This document shows, in pieces, positions 32,525 through 41,475 of a stretch of 41,475 nt of DNA. Every line of letters starts with the position of its first letter. Position 1 is the first letter of the stretch. The translations under genes were made by a program, and so were the position numbers. The notes below the pieces were generated by a model. It worked only from the letters and a program-made list of their open reading frames with translations. It was not told the DNA's origin and did no database searches. Where the stretch lies: contig JAAPAO010000300.1 in NCBI GenBank assembly GCA_013115145.1, positions 1-41,475 on the forward strand, written 5' to 3'. The stretch is from Perkinsus chesapeaki ATCC PRA-425. Taxonomy: Eukaryota > Protista > Perkinsozoa.

Positions 32525-32546
32525 CTCCTCAGTGAGGAGTCCTCAC
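32525..32546. other. Perfect 22-bp inverted-triplication scar, inferred target CTCCTCAC
   Basis: c tcctca g tgagga g tcctca c. Confidence 0.95.
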
Positions 32547-33148
32547 TTCACCCTCTACGACTCAGCCAAATTTTGTCAGCACCTATGCTCGTGACCGACA
32601 TAGTGTATGAAGATGCTCCCGAAGGTGTGTGTGAGTATATAGTTCACCGCCGAAATTGGCTTAGTTAGACTATCCATTCTATGTGCAGCTTCAGAGCGAG
32701 AGTTTAATACCTATACTGTTATTGTCTGTACTGTAGGGTTCTCCAAAAACGAATGTAACTAGTCTCAACTAGTCCCGAGAGTGAATTCTATTCAAGTGTC
32801 GGCAGGCAGGGGAACGCGATAAAATAGAGGAATTCGTTTCATTTCTATTTCTCACCCCACTTTGAGTATTGTACCGTAGAATCATAGAAATGAGTACTAT
32901 AAAAAAGGGAAGGCACTGAACTAAATCGATCAACCGTTTCACACCGTTGAGCGATATCTGGGCGAATGGTATCTAATATTCTGGGGAACGCCACACGAAA
33001 AGTACGGTCGACGCAATGAAATAGAATATTCTCTATTACTCCGATTTCTCGCTCAGTATTGCCCATCCTAACATTAAGATTTCACGGTTTTTGCAGGTAC
33101 CACTTGCCTCATTTATATGTTAGTAACATGCCACGGGTTAAACTCACA

Positions 33149-33268
33149 CACCTTTTCCCGTGCAAGCTTAAATCAAAGGTGTGTCAAAGATGAATACTTA
33201 TTGTCATTTTTGGGGAAGACATTGACGTTGTTGCTTGGACATTTCTCAAACTTGCACGGGAAAAGGTG
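33149..33268. mobile_element. Putative MITE, 120 bp, 18-bp perfect TIRs, possible TA target duplication (Tc1/mariner-like)
   Basis: CACCTTTTCCCGTGCAAG ... CTTGCACGGGAAAAGGTG; flanks are CA (left) and TA (right). Confidence 0.6.
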
Positions 33269-33300
33269 TAGATAAAGACTATTGCCTACTAGACAAAGCA

Positions 33301-36300
33301 TCACAAAGATGAAACACTCGATAACACTCCAGCTGCATTTGTTAACTTCTTACTCGATTTGCTGGCGCTTGTCGTCTGTTTCAGCTCACTATCGGCCTTC
33401 TCGATGGCATCTTTATACAGCATTCCTCTAGGGGCGTCAAAAACATGTTTCCTCGCCTCGCTTGCCACTGCATGAAAGCACTCCCATGCTCGATCGCTCG
33501 GACCCTTCTCAGCGTGGCCGATCACAGCTTTGTAAAGCGCCAGCAGTAGTTCGATAGTCAAAAGATTCCATTGCTTTTCGTACCCACTTTTCACCAAGTC
33601 CAAGCACGATTCCGCCAGCTCTGGTTTCGGAAATTTCCTGCCTCCGGAACTCACCTTTGGCAAATCATTCGGGAAGCTCTCAAGTAACCTCGCAGCATCC
33701 AGAACCGAAATCGACTCGTCCGCCTCGTCTGGATTCGGCAGACTTGGCGGCGCCGGTGAAAACTCAGCGAGTTTCGTCCGTATCTCCGGCGCGTTCAAGT
33801 AGTGCGAAATTTGCACCATCACAAACGTGGCCAGAATTTTGTTGGGAGCCTCTTGCCGAGGCGCGAGGATCGGTTCCAAAGCATACATGGACATCTTGTC
33901 AACCAAAAGATTCAAAAGAGGTTGTATCTGAAATGCATCTTCCAAAAGCGCTACTCCCACTCCCATGGCACCAAAAAGGCACGTATTTCACACTGCCCGA
34001 ATTTGCCGAAATGTGCGAGCTTGTTTTTTTTCAACCACCCCAGATATCGTGCCCAGTTCACGAAAATGAGTTCAAAATCTTGTAAACGAAGGGCCATGCT
34101 GCAGGGGGCCTGGAATATGGCCAGCACAACGGAAACGTACGAAATACCTCTACAGATACGTACTGAGCCCGGATAAGATACTCATCCGACAACTACCAAG
34201 CATTGCTCATGTCTGCGGAGAATCACTAAATCGCCTAAGGAACCCTCCTGCTTCAAGTCCCTTCACGATCAACAAACAATGAATTCCTCAGACGCTGGAG
34301 GAGACCTTATGAACCAATGGCAATTATACAACTCCCCGAACTCACATTAGGATTATCAACTGTAAAGATATCAGAGATGTAGAGCAGAACATCAACTATA
34401 TCATCCACAGCCGCCTCAGCAACTCTCCTCGATGTGCTGAGTTTGCCAACCTTTTGCCATTGTTCCCGAAGGCCTTGGCTTAATAGAGAGAAATAGCCGC
34501 CACTGTGAGTTACCTGGCAACAGTTCCTAGACGAGCGGCAAACCCTCTACGCAGTGCTTCATATAGAACATATATGCATTGCTTTAGGCTTTATTGGGGA
34601 TCGTCCGCGATATGTGAACACCTTACAACTTCGAAAAATACAAGTCAAATCTCCAATTTGCGTCCATGTGCTTGTGAAATGCACCCAAACGCCTGACTTC
34701 CACGGGTGAATCTACATGGATGTGGAGGCTCATGCTAAGAACTACTCGGTACAAAGTAACCCATAACCCGACAGAAAGGTGAGGCATTCGGTAAACCAAA
34801 GGATTCCCAATGAAGCTTACAAGGAATAATAGGATGAGCGCGAGAAATAGTGACAATTTTCTGGAAAAGTGACAATTTTCTGGAAAAGTGACAATTTTCT
34901 GGAAAAGTGACAATTTTCTGGAAAAGTGACAATTTTCTGGNNNNNNNNNNNNNNNNNNNNNNNNNNNNNNNNNNNNNNNNNNNNNNNNNNNNNNNNNNNN
35001 NNNNNNNNNNNNNNNNNNNNNNNNNNNNNNNNNNNNNNNNAAAAGTGACAATTTTCTGCAAAATAGTGACAATTTTCTGGGAAATAGTGACAATTTTCTG
35101 GGAAATAGTGACAATTTTCTGGAAAATAGTGACAATTTTCTGGGAAATAGTGACAATTTTCTGGGAAAGTGACAATTTTCTGGGAAAGTGACAATTTTCT
35201 GGAAAAGTCACAATTTTCTGCAAAATAGTGACAATTTTCTGGAAAAGTGACAATTTTCTGGAAAATAGTGACAATTTTCTGGGAATAGTGCCAGTTTCTA
35301 CTTGGTACACCGACAGTAAGTATTATGCAATAATGTTAATAATTTTCTCGATCGTCAAGAATCCACAACTTTCGAATTTTCTAATTGTCTGATCTCGACT
35401 TACCAAGAAATCCATACAAGATCGATCTGCCACTTGATAAATCGCCAAGGTGAGTGTTCTGACAGAAGTCCTCACCATGGCGTCCGAGCTGTTATAGAGT
35501 CGTATAGGGACCGTGTAGAGGACCTAATAGGAGTAATAGCACATTCTGTGGAAACCCAATTTAGTGGAAGCTGAAGGATACTCGGCGCGATATCAGAAAT
35601 TAACAAAAGCAGGCTGAAGACGTACAAATCAGAGCAACAGAATAGCGAAAATGCGAAAGTGACAAACCAGGAAGCGAACAGTAAGTACCTCAACCGGCGT
35701 CTTTATGGCAAAGAGCGTCATAAAATTTAGTGAGCACTTTCGAAAATCGAAGTCGGCAACGCCCGCAAATTTTTTATATTAATAAACACAGTTATTTCAT
35801 TCAGCTGTCATTCGGTATTGAACATCAATATCATATATTGGACACACCGGAGGCATAAGTCTTAAGTGGCCATATTTACAATATGATAGTCTTCAAGCCA
35901 CCAAGTTGTTTTCGCTTTGGACCATCACAATCGAACACCCTGTTAATTAATAAGCATATTAAGCTCCTACTCTAGTAGGGCACACTGGGGTGTTCAGAGA
36001 GACTTACGAATTGATCATTATGGAAGAACAGCGTTAGCATCTCTTGGTCGAGTCTAAGAGCCAAACTCTTGACAAAAGTAATGTAGTAGGACAATAGCTC
36101 CTCATCAGAGGACCAATCACATGGTGCACCTAATAAAGACTTAATTCAGCAGCCTAAAATATAAAGTCTATTTTCCGAAATGACCTCCAGCCGGAGCTCA
36201 AGAAAGTTTCATTGCCTTATATTGCGGAGGATATGATTCACTCTGTGCTATAGAAGAGGTCAACTATTTAACACCTCCTTTTTACTGACAATATTCTTCA

Positions 36301-37218
36301 AGCCGATCAAAGTCATCACTGAACGGATGTCCGAGCTATCACTCCCGAAGGAAGGTCCAGCTGTCGGTCATCATTCGCAGTTCCTCAGGAATCTCTTACA
36401 GAAAAAATCTCGCTTGTAACCAACAGATAGCCCCAGAGAAGTTTGTTTTTGATATATGAAAAAGATATGTACCGAAGCCACAGTTTTGCATATTTCACAT
36501 TGTTATTCACATTCATCATTTTGTCTTTCACATAGTTCGGCTCTGAAACTTCGCGAGTAACCTTACTGTGTCGAGAAAACCATCTACTTTAAGTACCCAA
36601 TGGTTAATGCTCCTTGGTTGCCACTCAATCCCAATACAAGGCACGAATTGATTAGGATTTGACACGCAGTGTATATCGCAACAAACCCATTTCGGCTCAC
36701 TTATAAGGTTATTAATATGATCATTGCTGAATACATATATAAGCGAGGTCCGAGTCTTGAGATTCTGGGTAAGTAAACTCATCGTTTGCAATAATTGCAC
36801 CTTCACTGTCACCGACACCGACGCCATACTTATCACTTTAACCTGGGACCAATGAAAGTTTAGTTATTAACTAATAATTAACTAATAGTTAATTCAAAAT
36901 AAATTGTTAAAGTAATAATTATTAAATTTTTGGGATAAATTATTCATTTCCAAAACCGCTACAGTGTCTCCAATTCGATGGAGATGTTAAGAACCCCGAT
37001 ACCCGGATTTTCACCAGCGCACCAACCGCACTTACAAAGCTGCTCAACATTTCCTTCTCACAAAAGTAATCAAACAGCTCTTGATGATCGTTCTGTTCTC
37101 CCCACAGTAATATCTCAGATATTTCCCGCAGATCTTCGACAAGACCCTCGCAAGAACTGCCACTCAAAGCTTCTGGCTCTTTTAAGCGTGCTGTTATTCT
37201 TTTGTATATCTCCGCCAT
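33301..37218 (-). CDS. CLEC16A: CLEC16A/GOP-1/TT9-like FPL-domain protein, multi-exon
   Basis: Phase-consistent GT-AG exons 37218-37036, 36842-36701, 36129-36008, 35523-35404, 34670-34627, 34588-34514, 34478-34346 give LREISEILLWGEQND...FDYFCEK, VQLLQTMSLL..NL, DEELLSYYITFVKSLALRL, MVRTSVRTLTL, YFSK, DVLLYISDIF, all FPL/CLEC16A hallmarks. Exons between 34345 and about 33950 are unresolved; the last exon ends at 33301. Confidence 0.88.
34844..35299 (+). repeat. Minisatellite of 19-22-bp units (AAA(T)AGTGACAATTTTCTGG) in CLEC16A intron 4, spanning an assembly gap
   Basis: Head-to-tail units with no unique spacers; 100 N at 34941-35040, so true length is unknown. Confidence 0.97.
36860..36894. 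other. Extended double-palindrome scar (7-1-7 plus 9-1-9), inferred target TTAGTTAA, in CLEC16A intron 1
   Basis: ttagtta t taactaa, t, then aattaacta a tagttaatt; AT-rich context lowers significance. Confidence 0.6.
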
Positions 37219-37553
37219 CTGCGATAGAGAATGCCTAAAATAAAGCAGGAAAACTTAGGAAAATTTAGGTGAATTTATTATTTTGACAACTTTTGAACAC
37301 GTTTCAGTTGGGATCTTCATAACTGGAAAGATACACTAAACGCAGTGTGATCTCAAGCTCAGTGGTGGTGTTGAGAAGCCCATTTCCCCCGTCGCTTCAT
37401 TATACAGTCCAACTTCTGCTAGACCATCAAGAGAATGGTCAGCTGTATGATGGTGTCGAGGATCTCACAATAAGGGGAAGGCCATCAAGAGGATGGTATC
37501 GAATAGTCCCCTATACCTCTTCTAAAGTGTTGCGTTTTAAACCAGGTTTTTAA

Positions 37554-37588
37554 GGGCAGGTTTTGAGAACGTTTCTCAAAACCTGCCC
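37554..37588. other. Perfect 16-bp inverted repeat with 3-nt loop
   Basis: GGGCAGGTTTTGAGAA-CGT-TTCTCAAAACCTGCCC, between the DDX49 stop and the CLEC16A start. Confidence 0.9.
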
Positions 37589-37973
37589 AACTTAATCCTC
37601 ACCTTTCGCCTCTCTCTTCCTTCACAGAATCCAAACTTTGCCCCTGACCCGAAGAGTATCCAAAAAACCGACCCAGCACTGACATTATAAAACTACTGAC
37701 CCAATAATGCTCTTCACCAGTGTTATTTGCCGGCCTTTCCCAAACAATCCTTCGACCTCCTCCTCAGACCGCTACGGAGAATTTTCTCATAGATGCTGGG
37801 AGATACCGAAAAGGCGACCAAAATTTTACAATTTTTCAGTATCTTTTTCTTCCTCTAACCACATTTATATTCACAACTTCAACGCTTTTAACAACTGTCA
37901 AACTCAACAACAGTCCAACAGAGAAGAATACAATTTAAGGAACAACGTTGAGTAATGATTTGACGTATTCTTA

Positions 37974-40930
37974 TCAGCTACTAGCTGACCTCCGCTGCGC
38001 CGCCATTTCGCGGTACTTTCTTTTCCGACGTTTCGACTCCTTTATCTTCTCATCAAATCCGACCTACAAGGATGATGAATACAGCACTTCATCGGAGACA
38101 ACCAACAGCGAAAAAAACGAAAGCAAATTAGTAGAGGAGTAGATTGCGGGACCATGGCTCCCGTAGGTGATGAGCCGGCCGACATCATCGAAGAAGTCGT
38201 GAGAAACTTAGCAGGTAAACCTTCACGCCTATTTGATGAGCCTTCGAGAAAGGCGACTCGCCAACTCCCCTCAAAATTCTATAGCCGGTATTATCTAACT
38301 CATTCAGTTGAAACTATAGTACGTTACCGAATTGAGCTAGAGTCCACTACATTCAACCCCCCTGCATGACCAGAAACTCTATTTCCAGCTATACGGTATT
38401 ATCCAATTTGTTTGCCAAAACTGGTATTCCCCATCACGCTTATGAAACTGTGCTTAAAGGCGGACGACAGACTCGATTAGCTTCAGTGGCAAAACCATTC
38501 CCATACAGCCCACTATATTCCATCACCGCCTCGACCCTATATGACCTCAAAAAGCATAAGCTCAGCCTCTTGAACTGCCTTAGAGGTCTTAGTAAGTAAC
38601 TTCAAAATTGTGGCATCCTCATCCTCGATCTCTAGCTTTTCCATTGTTACCTATTACAGCAAAAATTCTCGCTCTTGCATACGGTAAGACGCCGGTAAAC
38701 GAATAGCCCGTCTCACACAAAAAGTGTCTCCCCTCATCTAGGAGTCCAAGAACAGGTTCATTGAAACTCGCAGTGTGCTGCTAATGCGAAGATGCAATAG
38801 AAAATTTTATGAAAACGTTATCAAAGTTAAAATGACCATTCCCGCTGAAACTGCTCCCCTATCAATCCCTCAATGACGCGCCTGGCTCGGCATTCACCCA
38901 CTCTCCCAGCAATGCGCCGAGAAGAAAAATCTGATAGAAAATTTCTTCCTATTAAAAAATGAAACATTGAATTCATTACCACTAGATATCGCTTCCTTTG
39001 TCATTTCCCGGTCCATATTACCCCCATCCTCTCCTCTACACTCTTCACCAGCTGCACATCCCCCTCAGTAACGATACTCACAGCATCACCCTTCCGCCCC
39101 GCACGAGCAGTTCTACCAGCCCTGTGCACGAAGTCATCTGGATCAGTCGGCAACTCGTAATTGAGAACCACGCCAACTTGTGGAATATCCAAACCACGAC
39201 TCGCCACGTCCGTAGCGACCAACACTCGAACCTTCGCGTTCCTGAACTTTCCCAGTGAGGCCGTTCGCCTGCGTTGATCTTGCAAACTGTGCAGAGCTGC
39301 CACCGAAACGCCTAGTTTCTCCAAAGTCGACGCGACCAGTTGACACGACCGTAATGTCGCCGTGAAAATTATCATATTATCCTCGGAGAACTTTTGGCAT
39401 ACCAAATAGTTAAGATAAGCCATCCTTACCATCGCCGGTATAAAGACGTATCGAAGCCTCAAATTCGTCGGCAAGTCACTCGATGGATTCGCATCAAGTA
39501 AAGGCATGGACTCCTCCCCGTACCGCTGCTGCAGCGCCATCACGTTCTCCGAGAGGGTCGCAGTGAACAATAAAGTCTGTCGCTTGGCCTTGCCCGGCAA
39601 TGCCTTCATAATATCGGCGATGGACGTTTCAAAACCGGACCCGGAGACCAACAACCGATCCGCTTCATCCAGCACGAGGAACTCGGTATGAGCGAACGCT
39701 TCCACCAGGGACGAATCCCCGTTGAGTATCTCAGCCAGTCGGCCGGGAGTTGCCACTACTATGTGGGGGCGGTCGTGAATTTCGTTGATTTGCGGCAAAA
39801 TGCTGGTGCCGCCTACAATGCAGGCAATCTGCCCGTCAATAGGCTTCGACAAAGCCTCGAATTGCTCGGCAATCTGAACCGCAAGTTCTCGTACGGGGGT
39901 GAGGATGACAGCGAAAACGCCAAAGGGATCTTTGGAAAGTTTTTGGAGGATAGGAAGGGCAAAGGCGGCAGTTTTGCCACTACCTGAAAAAACGTCATAA
40001 GCAGCTCCGTAGATATAACACGAATCTCAAGACAGGACGGACACACCAGTATATCCAACCCAAAGGAGTCTCTAGATAATAGCCGGTTCTGTGACTAGAA
40101 TGCGCAATATCAACCTGGCAACATTAGTGGGAGAACTGATTAACATCAACCGATCCATAAGATGTTTCGATAATACGTTCTAAACGATAGCTGCTACTAT
40201 CTGCCATCGACAACCGTGCTCGAGCGTGCTAAGGCAAGCTCGACTAAGAGAAATTTATTTTCACACTGAGATCATGGTATAACCATTGGTGATATTATTG
40301 AATTACTATAATAATATTATTAATGTTAATATTTCACTACATTACCAGTGGCGTAGCTGAGGGGCGAGGAGCACCGCTGTCCCCCCTGCTGACAGGTTTG
40401 GGTGCTGCGAGGTATGGGTTTTGGGGACAGTAATTGACCCTTAGCGGTGTAGGTCCGCCCCCACCTTGCCCCCCACTGTCAAGTGCCCAGCTACGCCACT
40501 GTTATCTCCACTAAATCGTACTATTTGATGTTTCCCTTAATACAAAGAACTAGCCCTATTAGTGGCAAAGAGCAAAACACTAAGTAACAAAAGGGGCTTA
40601 CAATCCCAACCCCGCACGAGTAGGAGACAGCCTATCGATAAGCGCTGCAAGTGCAGAATGCCAATCCCCGCATCGTAAGCTCCTCAGAAATAAGCGACTT
40701 TCTCCTAGTAGTTTCTAATATCAATTGCGCCATTCCCATCGAATACGTAGTCCAGTTGAGCTCTAATCCCCAATAGTACCAGTCTTGCTCGCACCAACAA
40801 CGTTTTTCCCTTCAAGAATGGCTGGTATTGCTAGTTGTTGAATAAGCGTCGGTTTCGTTATCTCCAGACTGCTGCAGACATCCACTGCCCACTGGCTCAG
40901 TCCGAGATGTCTCAAGCTCTTACTTGGCAT
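37974..40930 (-). CDS. DDX49: DEAD-box RNA helicase DDX49/Dbp8, 435 aa, 4 exons (40930-40780, 39983-39022, 38650-38546, 38063-37974)
   Basis: Q-motif exon (LGL...PTLIQ..AIP), SKTG|SGKT across intron 1, LSKDPFGVFAVILTPVRELAVQIAEQF (DDX49-type), DEAD, LHS, ATDVASRGLDIP, HRAGRTARAG, basic tail; spliced length 1308 nt, in frame. Confidence 0.92.
40346..40501. mobile_element. MITE, 156 bp, 14-bp perfect TIRs of hAT type, in DDX49 intron 1
   Basis: CAGTGGCGTAGCTG ... CAGCTACGCCACTG; GC-rich interior in AT-rich flanks; no intact 8-bp TSD (left TACATTAC, right TTATCTCC). Confidence 0.8.
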
Positions 40931-41475
40931 TTACAGAGAAACAGCAAGTAGCACCTACGCAACCGGAGAGCTGATGCTATGACAGTAAGGAATCCTCCAA
41001 GGCTCGTGGTGTTGAAGGACTACATCTTGCTTTCTTGCAGTCTTAAACCACCTCCCGGACAAATGAGTGCTTTGAGTTCTCGCTCGCCCAATAATGTCAG
41101 GCGCCGGTTTGAAGTAAAAGAATGTGGGGATACGCCCGTTTCTGGAATCGATTGTGAAAATCGCTTCCGAACTCAGTAAAGTAGGATATATTTGATCATC
41201 TTGTCAATTCAATTCTTGATTCATTTCAAAAATCAACATTGATTTTGAAGTTTGACAATCGACTCCAGAGTAGATTCGGATCTGTGTTCAGTTGAGACGA
41301 TTTCAAGAACTGATTTTGTGATCCATTTTGTGAACTGCCAGACAAGCGGAACTTCTCGGGATTGATCCGACAATCCGCACCTCTCCAACATTATAACTCG
41401 AACTCAAATCACAGAATTGGGATGGCCATAGCTACAGAGAGGGTATACGACATTAGGTAACGAATGATACGGAGG

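Noticed and set aside
623-33129. Isolated 6-1-6 palindromes (623, 8256, 18081, 33117) and a low-complexity one at 31211
   Set aside because: About ten 6-1-6 palindromes are expected by chance in 41 kb, and these fail the complement or third-copy rule or need several edits.
33301-33966. Stand-alone 221-aa gene or transposase
   Set aside because: Best explained as the terminal exon of the CLEC16A-like gene, whose upstream exons lead into it on the same strand.
34844-35299. CRISPR array
   Set aside because: Units are head-to-tail with no unique spacers, there are no cas genes, and the context is a eukaryotic intron.
34623-35310. ORFs with RKLSLF / QKIVTF / PENCHF repeats
   Set aside because: Translations of the minisatellite and N-gap inside CLEC16A intron 4.
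37707-38599. Plus-strand ORFs resembling a gag relic
   Set aside because: They overlap the introns, last two exons and 3' flank of DDX49 on the opposite strand; no gag motif found.
40950-41170. 3' exon of an upstream gene (minus-strand open frame of ~75 codons)
   Set aside because: No recognisable domain or confident splice acceptor within the window.

Overview
Eukaryotic genomic DNA from a draft assembly with a 100-N gap at 34941-35040. Short GT-AG introns (35-52 nt), tandem arrays of intronless secreted-protein genes and many decayed relics suggest an alveolate parasite such as Perkinsus (inference, not shown directly). Intact genes: a 3-exon Cys-rich secreted protein (+), and on the minus strand a subtilisin lacking a prodomain, a disordered CxxC/RRSxR protein, three purple acid phosphatases, four copies of an unknown ~240-aa secreted protein, a multi-exon CLEC16A/FPL-domain gene and a 4-exon DDX49/Dbp8 helicase. 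The strongest unexplained signal is a stereotyped 22-bp scar repeated throughout non-coding and dead DNA. An 8-bp word cXb appears as cX-comp(b)-revcomp(X)-comp(c)-Xb, an inverted triplication adding exactly 14 bp. By eye I found 6 perfect, 10 one-mismatch, 3 two-mismatch and 2 extended copies, none in an intact CDS. At two loci a paralogous sequence keeps the single 8-bp empty site. This is what hairpin-mediated (hAT/RAG-like) transposon excision from an 8-bp target-site duplication would leave if repaired through TSD microhomology. The window also holds a possible hAT-like transposase relic and a MITE with hAT-type TIRs. Other notable items are gene-conversion-like mosaic tracts among the phosphatases and a compensated double frameshift in one secreted-gene copy. 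All counts and alignments were done by eye.
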